From Planctomycetota bacterium (GTDB lineage Bacteria > Planctomycetota > PLA2 > JAEUHO01): 64,000 bases of DNA. Positions 1 to 8,475 of this stretch are shown here, one piece after another. The translations under genes were made by a program, and so were the position numbers. The stretch covers positions 160,001 through 224,000 of the forward strand of contig JBFWRP010000001.1 in NCBI GenBank assembly GCA_050248855.1, read 5' to 3'. The notes below the pieces were generated by a model that made no database searches, was not told where the DNA came from, and saw nothing but the letters and a program-made list of their open reading frames with translations. The first letter of the stretch is position 1. Every line of letters starts with the position of its first letter.

Positions 1-2433
1 GGCCGTCATCCCGCCGCCCTCGCCGCGCTGGGCCCGGTCGGCCAGGTAGAGACGCATCTGCAGGTCGTCGTGCCCGCTGGCGAGGAAGGCCTCGTAGTGC
101 TCGCGGGCCTTGTCGTGGTGCCCGCCGTCGGCCGCGAACCGACCGAGCAGCAGGATCACGTAGGGGTCCTCCGGCGCGAGGGCCTTGGCCTTGGCCAACG
201 CGGCCCCGGCGTCCACGCTGCGCTCGCGCTGGTAGTGCGCCCACGCCAGTCGCGTCCACGCCTGCGCATCGCCGGCCTGCTTGCGCACGCGCTGCTGGAG
301 CTCCTCGAGGGTCTGGTCGTCCCAGGTCGGGACCATCTTGTAGTCCTTGACCAGGTCGTGGACGTAGGCACGGAACGTGGCGTCGTAGCTGTCCAGATCG
401 ACGCCCAGGACATCCCGGAACACGTCGGCCGTCGGCCGGTCCTTGGCGAACTCGCGCAGCATCGCGGGAATCACCTCGAAGCCGCGATCCCCCAGCAGCT
501 GGTCGGCGATGAGACCGCCCTGGTAGTAGGCGAACAGGATGTCGGGACCCTGGAAGGCCTGGTTGATCTCCGCCATGCGCAGCAGGCGGTCGTTGTGGTA
601 GCGGTCGAAGAGCTGACGCTCCATGTCCCGCCCCCAGATCGCCTTGCGCTGCTGCTCCTCGAAGACGCTCAGGCCCTCGGTGAGCCAGCGCGGGACCTGG
701 CCCTGGCTCTGCTGGAGGGTGACGACGTGCGCGTACTCGTGCCACGCGGTGCGCGACCAGGAGAAGCTGCCGATCGGCAGGGCCGTCGGGCCGAGCAGCG
801 TGACCACCCGCCCGAAGCAGACCCCCAGCGCCGGCAGGCCGGGCACGCCGATGCTGCGCACGCTGAAGTCGTCCGAGCGGTCGAACGCGTCCACGTGGAT
901 CGGCGTGTCCACCTCGTGGCCGTACTTGTCGCCGAGCACCTGCCACGAGCTCTCGAGGAGGGCCGGTAGGTAGTGCTGCATGACGCCGGCTTCGCGGGCG
1001 GGGAGGCGGATGCGGAAGTGCGGCGTCTCGAGCGTCTTGAGCTGCGGGATGACGTCGTCGAGGACGGTGATCCAGTTGTCGCGGTGGACGTCCTTGTGCC
1101 GCTTGCTGGCGGACACGCCCTTGCCGAACGCTTCGCGCGCCGCGTCCGTCTCCCCCAGGTTCATCAGGGCCTCGCCGAGCACGACCCACGCGGACGGATC
1201 ATGGGGATCGACGTCGATGGCGCGCCGCGCCGCGTCGGCGGCCAGGTCGTAGCGCCGGCGGCGCTCGCCCAACAGCTCGGCCGTCCGCACGTGGACCTGG
1301 CCGTAGGTGGGGTCGTAGGCGAGGATCTCGGCAACGATGCGCTCGTGCTCGGCGTCGTTGCCGAGCACGGCCTCCAGCGCGGCGCGCACGGCCCGCACTT
1401 CACGGTCATCGGGCGCGACCTCGGCCGCACGCGCGAGGTCCTTGCGCGCGGCGTCGTAGTCGCCGTTGCCCACGTGCACCGACGCGCGCAGGGCCAAGGC
1501 ATCCACGTGGTTCGGGTTGGTCGAAAGCGCGCGCTCGAGCTGCTTGAGCGCCATCCCCTGCTGCCAGAACACGAGATCGATGCGCGCCGAGGCCACCCGC
1601 GCGTCGGCGTACTCGGGGTTGCTCTCCAGGAGTCGGCGCAGGCGCGTGCGTGCCTTGGCTTGGCCGGTGGGCCCCTTGTCCGAGCGCCAGGCCTCCGCCA
1701 AGGCAAACGCCGCGTCCTGGTCGTCGTCGTGCTCGTCGACGTAGGTGCCGAGCAGGTCGATGACGTCCTGCTTGAGGTCGACCCCCTGGCTCGTGGACAC
1801 GCGCGTGGCGCCGAGCGCGGCCTCGGCCACCCACATGACGTCCTCCGGCGGCGTGAGGCGTGGACGATAGGCCTTCACGACCTCGGCGTAGCTGGCGTAG
1901 GCCTTGTCGCGTCGACCATGGGCTTCGTCCGCCCAGCCCGCGACCACCCGCGCGGGCAGGTCGTCGGGATGGTCGACCAGCCAGCTCGCAGCCTCGGCGC
2001 CGGCCACGTCGTGGCGCGCCAACGCACGCAGCAACCGCCACCAAGCCAGGCGCAAGGAGCGGTCCTGCGGGAACCGCTCGCGGGCCGCCTTCGCGGTCGC
2101 CTCGGCCTCGGCGTACTTGCCGGTGCGCGTGAGGACGCGCACCGTCAGGTACGGGGCCAAGGGGTCCTCGGGCGCCAAGTCGGCGAGGCGGTCCATGCGG
2201 GCCAGGACCTCGTCGTGGTTGCCGCGCGCGAAGGCCCTGAGGGCACGCTCCGTATGCCGCTCGATGTCCTCGAGGCGTTCCTCCTCGTCGACGTCCGTCG
2301 GCGGGGCGGCGGTCGGGTCGTCGTCGGCCAGGACCCGCCGGGGCGCGGGGAGGACGGGGAGGGCGAGTGCAAGGAGAAGCGCCAAGCCGCGCAGTGCGCC
2401 CGCCAGGTGCCCGGTGGAAGTGGGTTCGCTCAC
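1..2433 (-). CDS. Secreted TPR-repeat protein with gluzincin (peptidase MA-like) domain; 3' end runs off the window
   Basis: Absent from the ORF track (no stop in window). Read manually from GTG at 2433: signal-like ALRGLALLLALALPVL, TPR-like helices, WHEYAHVVTL (HExxH, ~727-744) followed by VPRWLTEGLSVFEE. Confidence 0.8.
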   Translation of the reverse strand, partial: MSEPTSTGHLAGALRGLALLLALALPVLPAPRRVLADDDPTAAPPTDVDEEERLEDIERHTERALRAFARGNHDEVLARMDRLADLAPEDPLAPYLTVRVLTRTGKYAEAEATAKAARERFPQDRSLRLAWWRLLRALARHDVAGAEAASWLVDHPDDLPARVVAGWADEAHGRRDKAYASYAEVVKAYRPRLTPPEDVMWVAEAALGATRVSTSQGVDLKQDVIDLLGTYVDEHDDDQDAAFALAEAWRSDKGPTGQAKARTRLRRLLESNPEYADARVASARIDLVFWQQGMALKQLERALSTNPNHVDALALRASVHVGNGDYDAARKDLARAAEVAPDDREVRAVRAALEAVLGNDAEHERIVAEILAYDPTYGQVHVRTAELLGERRRRYDLAADAARRAIDVDPHDPSAWVVLGEALMNLGETDAAREAFGKGVSASKRHKDVHRDNWITVLDDVIPQLKTLETPHFRIRLPAREAGVMQHYLPALLESSWQVLGDKYGHEVDTPIHVDAFDRSDDFSVRSIGVPGLPALGVCFGRVVTLLGPTALPIGSFSWSRTAWHEYAHVVTLQQSQGQVPRWLTEGLSVFEEQQRKAIWGRDMERQLFDRYHNDRLLRMAEINQAFQGPDILFAYYQGGLIADQLLGDRGFEVIPAMLREFAKDRPTADVFRDVLGVDLDSYDATFRAYVHDLVKDYKMVPTWDDQTLEELQQRVRKQAGDAQAWTRLAWAHYQRERSVDAGAALAKAKALAPEDPYVILLLGRFAADGGHHDKAREHYEAFLASGHDDLQMRLYLADRAQRGEGGGMTA

Positions 2434-2526
2434 GGGGCCGAGTCTAGGCCGACCTGCGGGGACTGCCCGCCCGCGGGCCGCGTGGTTCGCGGCGAGGACC
2501 GTCCGCGTACGTTGTTCGAGGACGTG

Positions 2527-3999
2527 ATGGCCCTCCGCACCCGCACCGCCCGGATCCAAGGCCTCGTGCTGCTGGCCTTGGCCGGGGTGACCGCAGCCCC
2601 CACCGCCCGCGCGGAGGAGACTCCCCGGTCCTCTGCCCGGGCCGTCGACGACGCCCTGGCTCGCGCCGTCCGCTGGCTCGTGACGGAGCAGGAGGTCACC
2701 GGCGCGTGGGGCTCGGGCCCCAAGGCGCTGGGCCCGACCGCGCTCGCGACGTATGCGCTCCTGCACGCCGGCGTCCACGAGGACACGGACGATCGGGCGG
2801 GCCGCGCCCTGCGCCGCGCGCTCGCGTGGCTCGAGCGCGAGGAGCCCAAGGACGCCGCGAGCGCGCGCGACACGGGCACGTATGCGCGGGCGATCCTGCG
2901 CCTCGCGCTCGACCTGCGCGGGCGCCCTGCCGACCGTGCGTGGTGTGCCCGTCTGACGCGCGACTTGGCCGCGGCCCAGAGCGGGAACGGCCAGTGGGGC
3001 TACGAGACACCCACGCGCGACCCCGGACCCGCGGGCGACAACAGCAACGCGCAGATCGCCATCTTGGCCCTCGGCGTCGCGACGGCCGTCGGCGACCCGG
3101 TGCCACTCGAGGCGCTCGAGCGCGCCGCCGCCTGGTGGCGCGAGCATCCGCAGGCCGACGGCGGCTTCGGCTACGCCAGCGGCGGCGGCCACCCGAGTGC
3201 GTCCTCGGGGTCGATGACGGCGGCGGGCATCTCGTCGTTGGCGCAGCTGGCGGTCGCCACGGGGCGCGTGGACCCGCTGGCCGAGGACCTCGGCGCGGCC
3301 CTGGTGGCCGCCGAACCGGTGCTCGGGCGTGCCCTGGTGGCGCTGGAGGCCATGTTCCGCGTCGATCGCAACGAGGGCCCCACGCCCGGCCGTCGCGAGC
3401 GGCGACGTGCGTCCGGGCGAGGCTGGTTGCACTACTACCTGTGGAGCGTGGAGCGCGCGATGGTGCTCGCCGATCGGTCGCACGTTGGCGACGTCGACTG
3501 GTACGCGGCGGGGGCGGCCCATCTGCTGGACACGCAGGCCAAGGACGGCTCGTGGCGCGGCGAGCACCCGCTCTACGCGACGTCGTTCGCCGTCCTCTTC
3601 CTGACCCGGGCCGCCGACCCGCCCCGCGCGTTCACGCCCCGCGCACGCGCTCCGCACGACACGGTCACGGGGCAGGACCCGGCCGCCGACAGCGCCGGGG
3701 AGCCGCCGGTCGAAGCGGCCCTCGATCTCGTCGCCGCCGTACGCGGCGACGCCACGCTCGTGCAGCTGCTGGACGCTGCGCGCTCCCAGGGCCCGTCGTC
3801 GCTGATCCGCCTGGTGGCACTGCTCGACGACCGCGAGCCGCTCGTGCGGCGTCGGGCCTTGGAGGTGCTCGATGCGACGCTACCGCCCGAGCGCATGGCC
3901 GGCGTGGCCACGCACGCGCTCGCGCGGGGTCGTCTCGAGACGTGGCTGGCCCGCCTCGGCCCGATCCTGCGCCTCGTCGATGGCCGCTTCGTGCCTTGA
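2527..3999 (+). CDS. Secreted prenyltransferase/squalene-cyclase-repeat protein with C-terminal HEAT-like segment
   Basis: C-terminal part of ORF 973..3999 from MALRTRT. Signal peptide, then QW-type repeats (EQEVTGAWG, AQSGNGQWGY, QADGGFGY, TQAKDGSW), DNSNAQIAILAL and HYYLWSVER. Confidence 0.75.
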   Translation: MALRTRTARIQGLVLLALAGVTAAPTARAEETPRSSARAVDDALARAVRWLVTEQEVTGAWGSGPKALGPTALATYALLHAGVHEDTDDRAGRALRRALAWLEREEPKDAASARDTGTYARAILRLALDLRGRPADRAWCARLTRDLAAAQSGNGQWGYETPTRDPGPAGDNSNAQIAILALGVATAVGDPVPLEALERAAAWWREHPQADGGFGYASGGGHPSASSGSMTAAGISSLAQLAVATGRVDPLAEDLGAALVAAEPVLGRALVALEAMFRVDRNEGPTPGRRERRRASGRGWLHYYLWSVERAMVLADRSHVGDVDWYAAGAAHLLDTQAKDGSWRGEHPLYATSFAVLFLTRAADPPRAFTPRARAPHDTVTGQDPAADSAGEPPVEAALDLVAAVRGDATLVQLLDAARSQGPSSLIRLVALLDDREPLVRRRALEVLDATLPPERMAGVATHALARGRLETWLARLGPILRLVDGRFVP

Positions 4000-4014
4000 G
4001 CCGCGCCGCGTGCG

Positions 4015-4446
4015 CTACGGACCGGACGGCGGCGTGGGTTCGGGCGTCGGGGCGGGCGGAGCCGGCGGCTCCTTCCAGCCCATCTGCTTGAGACGGAAGA
4101 TGACCTGCCCCAGGTTGTCGTCGGCCGCCTGACGTTCGTTCGTCGCCTTCGTGAACGGACCGGCCAGCTCCTTGACGAGGGCCTGCGCGGCCTCGATCTC
4201 GGCGGCGTCCTTGCTGGCGCGGGCCTTCGCCAGCGCCAGGTTGGCTTGCTCCATCGGACCACGCAGCTCGCCCCATCGCTTGTTGGCGGCCCTGAGCTCG
4301 GTCAGCAGCTGGGCGTGCTGCTGCAGGAGCGGCGCCCACTGCGCCTCCTTCTCCTTCTGCTTCTCTTCCTCGCTCTTGCTGCACGCGACGAAGGCGAAGG
4401 CCGCAACCAGGCAAAGGGCCAGCGTGACGAAGGGGAAGCGCTTCAT
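4015..4446 (-). CDS. Small coiled-coil lipoprotein
   Basis: MKRFPFVTLALCLVAAFAFVAC (lipobox-like FVAC); strong SD AGGAGGT upstream; Pro-rich tail. Confidence 0.75.
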   Translation of the reverse strand: MKRFPFVTLALCLVAAFAFVACSKSEEEKQKEKEAQWAPLLQQHAQLLTELRAANKRWGELRGPMEQANLALAKARASKDAAEIEAAQALVKELAGPFTKATNERQAADDNLGQVIFRLKQMGWKEPPAPPAPTPEPTPPSGP

Positions 4447-4484
4447 GGTCCTACCTCCTGCGCCGGCAGGACGGCCGGCCTCCG

Positions 4485-5108
4485 TCACGCTACCGGCAAG
4501 CGGCCCTCGGGCGCCAGCGCGAACGTCACGAGGCGCTCCACGCCGGGTCGCCGCTCGAACGGCGCCAAGTCGATGCGCCGGATCTCCTTGAAGCGACGCC
4601 CGAACCACGCCGTGATCGCATCGCCCGCCACGTCGAACGGGGGCCCGCCCTCGCGTCCGTGCTCCCACAGGACCGCCACGAGAGCGCCCGCGGGGCCGAG
4701 CACGTCCGCCACCGCATCCACGTAGCGAGGCCGGTCCTGCGGGTCCAGGGCGCAGAAGCAGGTGTGCTCGAAGACCACGTCGAACGGCGCCGCGGAGCGG
4801 GCAGCCCCCGCCAGGAGATCGCCGAGCACGATGAGGACCTCGACACCTGCCAGCTCGACCGCGGCGCGCGCCGCGGCGATTGCCGTGGGCGCGATGTCGA
4901 GTGCGACGACGTCGTGACCGGCGCGTGCGAGCGCGATCGCGTCGTGGCCCGCGCCCGCGCCCGGTACCAGGACGCGGCGCGGGCCTTCGGCGAGCGGGCC
5001 CTGGCGAAGCGCTTCCGCCACACCCGGCGACGGAGCGCCGAGGTCCCAGGGCGTGTCGCCCGCCCGCCAACGCCCCTCCCAGGAGGTGTCGGCCGCACAC
5101 TCGCTCAT
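4485..5108 (-). CDS. Thiopurine S-methyltransferase (TPMT)-family SAM-dependent methyltransferase
   Basis: WEGRWRAGDTPWDLG, VLVPGAGAGHD, FEHTCFCALDP, GGPPF; ATGA overlap with the upstream gene. Confidence 0.85.
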   Translation of the reverse strand: MSECAADTSWEGRWRAGDTPWDLGAPSPGVAEALRQGPLAEGPRRVLVPGAGAGHDAIALARAGHDVVALDIAPTAIAAARAAVELAGVEVLIVLGDLLAGAARSAAPFDVVFEHTCFCALDPQDRPRYVDAVADVLGPAGALVAVLWEHGREGGPPFDVAGDAITAWFGRRFKEIRRIDLAPFERRPGVERLVTFALAPEGRLPVA

Positions 5109-7027
5109 CGCGCGTCCTCCGCGGGCGTCGCCGTCGTCTCGATGCCCAGCGTTTGCGTGAGGCGCTGCTGATGGCGGGGGATCCACACGGCGTCCTCCCA
5201 CCCGGCTCCCGCACCGGCCACCACGTTCATGATCGACGTGGGGTGCTCGGTGTCGTGGTCGCAGCCGCAGCAATGCCCGTACTCGTGGGCCAGGGTGAGG
5301 CCGACGGCGCTCGCAAAGCCGTCGACCAGGCAGCGGATCTCGTCGGCGCGCCGGTTCGCGGTGAGGTCGTCGCCCCAGCGCGTGCTGCCATCCAGCAGCG
5401 GCCGGTCGGCCGCCGAGAGCGGCGGGACCAACGCGAACTTCTGGTACATGGTGCGGCGCAGGAACGTGCTGTACACGGCGACCCAGGTGCCGAAGGCCTG
5501 CCCGCCGGCATCGGGGTGGTCGCCGGCGACGCGCGCCAGCCAGATCTTGTTCGTGGGCACCTCCTCGCCCGGGTCCCCCACCGCGATCGCCATGCCCCAG
5601 GACCAGCCGGGGATCGGCGTTCCGTCCGCCTCGCGACGGAACAGCTGGTGGGCGATGCGCGCGGCGCGCGCGAGGATCTCCTCCAGGATGAAGGCATCGA
5701 TCTCCGGCTCGGCGCCGCCCGTCGAGAGGCCCAGAAGCGCGAGGTCCTGTTCGATCGTGCGCGTCTCGCCCTCGCCGTAGGTGAGCACGCCGACGCGGCC
5801 GCGCTCGCCGACGGGCGGGCGAGGAGGGCGGCCGAAGCCCAGCGGCGGACCGCAGCCCTCCGTCGGCACGCGATCGGGCCGCGCCGCGCGCACGAGCCCG
5901 CCCTCGACGGTCCACATCGTGAGCGGCCAGCGCTCGACGGCCCCGTGCGGGGCGAACGCGAGGGGGCCGAACGTGGTGACGACTTCGTCTTCGGGGGCGA
6001 GTGCTTCGAGCACCTTCTTCAGCTTGCTGCTCTCGGCCACCCGCCGCGCCTCGAGCAGCCGCCGCGCACCCTCGTAGGCCCGGAGCGTAGTGGCCGTGAC
6101 GGGCACGCCTTGGCGGTCCAGGGCGCCGACCGCTTCCTCGCCAAGTCGTCCCGCGAGCTCTGCGTCAGGGCCGTCGAGCAGCACGGCGCCCTCGAGGGCA
6201 GCCAGGTGCTCGCCGAGCAGCGGGTCCCCGTGCAGCCCGTCGGCGAAGAGCAAGCGCGGATGCCACGCCGCCGCGGCGAGGGCCCCCAGGAGCGAGCGCG
6301 CGTAGCGCCCGGAGACTGCGGCGTAGACCCAGCCTGCCTCGCGCGCTTTGAGGTCGGCGACGTCCGCAGCCGTCGCCGACGCCGGCCAGACCTGGACCCC
6401 GGCGCTCTTGACCCAGGGGGAGAGGCTGCGCAGGAACGCCGCAGCCAGGCGGGCCCCCCGCACGGTCGGCTCTTGCACGATCGCCACGCGGCGGGCCGCC
6501 AGCGGCGCCACCACGAGGTCGGCGGCATGGATCCCCTCCTGCTCGGGCGTCGGACCGAGGTGGAACCAAGCGCCGGGCTGCGAGAGGCCGTCGGGAGGAA
6601 GGCCGGCAATGGAGACCACGGGCACCTTCCAGCCCCCACTGGCCTTCCACCAGTCCTTCATGCCGTCTGCATCCGGGAGCGCCACCACGCCGACGGGGTC
6701 GGCCTTCTTGACGGCCTCGAACGCCTTGCGGCGCGCGGACCCCTCGGCGGGCACGGCGATGGCAACTACTGCCACGCCACCCGGCCAGCGCGCCGGGTCC
6801 ACTGCCTCCGCCGCCAGCTCGGCGCCGCGGGCGGCCTGGGCCAGCCGATCGGCTTCCATGGCCTCGCCCAGGACCACGAGGCGCTCGGGCTTGGGCGCGG
6901 CGTGTGCGCACGGGCGGCCACCAAGCAGCGCCGCTCCGAGCAGCAGCAGCACCTGGGGCCACGCGGGTCGGGGCCCGCGCGGAGCGGTGGCGCGGCGGTC
7001 GGTGGCGGGGCGCGGGGCCTCGGACAT
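5105..7027 (-). CDS. Type-1 periplasmic binding protein (Liv-like) fused to a C-terminal metzincin (matrixin-like) domain
   Basis: Signal peptide; Liv/PBP1-like segments (WFHLGPTPEQEG, RRVAIVQE, TTFGPLAFAPHG); HEYGHCCGCDH at 5255-5287 plus SIMN Met-turn. Confidence 0.7.
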   Translation of the reverse strand: MSEAPRPATDRRATAPRGPRPAWPQVLLLLGAALLGGRPCAHAAPKPERLVVLGEAMEADRLAQAARGAELAAEAVDPARWPGGVAVVAIAVPAEGSARRKAFEAVKKADPVGVVALPDADGMKDWWKASGGWKVPVVSIAGLPPDGLSQPGAWFHLGPTPEQEGIHAADLVVAPLAARRVAIVQEPTVRGARLAAAFLRSLSPWVKSAGVQVWPASATAADVADLKAREAGWVYAAVSGRYARSLLGALAAAAWHPRLLFADGLHGDPLLGEHLAALEGAVLLDGPDAELAGRLGEEAVGALDRQGVPVTATTLRAYEGARRLLEARRVAESSKLKKVLEALAPEDEVVTTFGPLAFAPHGAVERWPLTMWTVEGGLVRAARPDRVPTEGCGPPLGFGRPPRPPVGERGRVGVLTYGEGETRTIEQDLALLGLSTGGAEPEIDAFILEEILARAARIAHQLFRREADGTPIPGWSWGMAIAVGDPGEEVPTNKIWLARVAGDHPDAGGQAFGTWVAVYSTFLRRTMYQKFALVPPLSAADRPLLDGSTRWGDDLTANRRADEIRCLVDGFASAVGLTLAHEYGHCCGCDHDTEHPTSIMNVVAGAGAGWEDAVWIPRHQQRLTQTLGIETTATPAEDAR

Positions 7028-7180
7028 GGCGGTGACGTTCCCGGCCTGCGGCGGCTACGTCAAGCGCTCCGCCTGCGCGGAACCCGGGATAGGATCCGAC
7101 CGAGGAGGGGCCCCCGCCGTCGGAGGCCCTTCGGAAGGGTCGGCGGCGCCACAGCTGGCGCCATGCCCCGTGGAGGACGC

Positions 7181-8008
7181 ATGCTTCGGACTCGATTTGC
7201 CCTCGCGCTCGCTGCGCTGTTGGGCCTCCCCCTGGCCACGGCCGCCCCGCTGGTGGGCGAAGACAACGACTGCCACCGCCTCGGGATGGAGGTCACCTGC
7301 ACGGTTGAGCCCAGCAAGGTGATCCTGGTCGGCGATCCCTTCGAGGTCTCGGCCACGGTCCGCAACACGGGCAACATCGCCCTGGCCAACGTCACGTTCG
7401 CGCTTGCCGGCGGCGAGGGCATCATGCACGTCGGCGGAGACGAGCTGCGCATCCAGATCCCCAAGCTCGAGGCGGGCGAGACGCGCCAGATCACGTCGCG
7501 GTTCATGAGCGATGGCGTCGGCGAGCGCCGGGTCAACGCTTCGGCGCGCGAGGAACGCGGCTGGGCCGCGGCGGGCTGCATCTGCGGCGTGCTGATCAAG
7601 GGTCTGCCGGCCTTGCAGGTCGAGATGGTGGACGTGGACAGCGCCCGGCAGCCGAAGGGCATCTTCGACGAGGGTGAGGAGTTCATCTACATCCTGCAGG
7701 TCGAGAACGACGTGGGCACCGCGAACACGCCCGAGCTCAAGGTCGTGTGGGAGCTGCCGCCCGAGCTGGAGTTCGTCAGCGGCACGGGCGACCGCGGCGC
7801 GATCATCACGGGCTCCGGTCGCTCCGCGGAGTCGAGCGGCTTCGACCTGCGTCCGAACCAGGTCCAGAACTTCGACTTGGTGGTGCGCGTGAAGTCGGTG
7901 CCGCCGACCAACCTCGTGCAAGCGCGTGCTGCGGTCGTCACGGCCGCCGGCGGCCAGGAGCTGGCCACGGAGACCGAGAGCACGACGGTCAAGAAGGTCG
8001 GTCAGTAG
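7181..8008 (+). CDS. Secreted DUF11 / OmcB-like Ig-fold protein
   Basis: SD GGAGG then MLRTRFALALAALLG; two Ig-like repeats (VGDPFEVSATVRNTGN; GLPALQVEMVD...EGEEFIYILQVEND...LPPELEFVSGTG). Confidence 0.7.
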   Translation: MLRTRFALALAALLGLPLATAAPLVGEDNDCHRLGMEVTCTVEPSKVILVGDPFEVSATVRNTGNIALANVTFALAGGEGIMHVGGDELRIQIPKLEAGETRQITSRFMSDGVGERRVNASAREERGWAAAGCICGVLIKGLPALQVEMVDVDSARQPKGIFDEGEEFIYILQVENDVGTANTPELKVVWELPPELEFVSGTGDRGAIITGSGRSAESSGFDLRPNQVQNFDLVVRVKSVPPTNLVQARAAVVTAAGGQELATETESTTVKKVGQ

Positions 8009-8026
8009 CGCGCTCGGGAACGATCG

Positions 8027-8449
8027 ACGCGACCGCCGCCGGTCGCGTGGGAAGCGCGCGTGGGTGATACCACGCGCCCATCTCGGTGTGGGGTGGAGGG
8101 TTGGGGGCGAACGCGGGCTGCGGGAGACCGCTGCAGCGAGCCGCGGAACACCTGTCCGGCCAACGCAGGCGACTCGAACCCGATACCGAACCAGGGACTT
8201 CGTGCGCGATTCGCCGCCAGCACAGGGTGCCGCCGATGCCTCCGGCGGCGAATCGCCGCAGAACTCCGAGGCAGCCCTGGGGTACGTAGCACCGCATCTC
8301 GCTCCGGGTTGCCTCGATTCGCCCTACCAGCGGTAGTCGCCGGCGGGATCAGGCCCCTACCGCATGGGGTCGGGTCGTCAGGGCGACGGTAGCGCGCCAG
8401 CATCGGCGACGACTCGTGGTCTGTTCACTCGAGGAGCCGATGCTGGTGC
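8027..8449 (+). ncRNA. Candidate structured non-coding RNA (series of stem-loops), family unknown
   Basis: At least 7 consecutive stems of about 7-14 bp between convergent genes; two stems contain G.U pairs only on the + strand. Confidence 0.35.
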
Positions 8450-8475
8450 GGGACCGAGCAACTGGCGAGCCGTTC

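Noticed and set aside
70..2526. Plus-strand ORF 70..969 and the N-terminal half of 973..3999
   Set aside because: These are antisense shadows of the minus-strand TPR-peptidase gene.
8171..8180. tRNA T-loop-like GGTTCGAGTC on the minus strand
   Set aside because: I could not build a cloverleaf, acceptor stem or CCA end, and tmRNA ends are absent.
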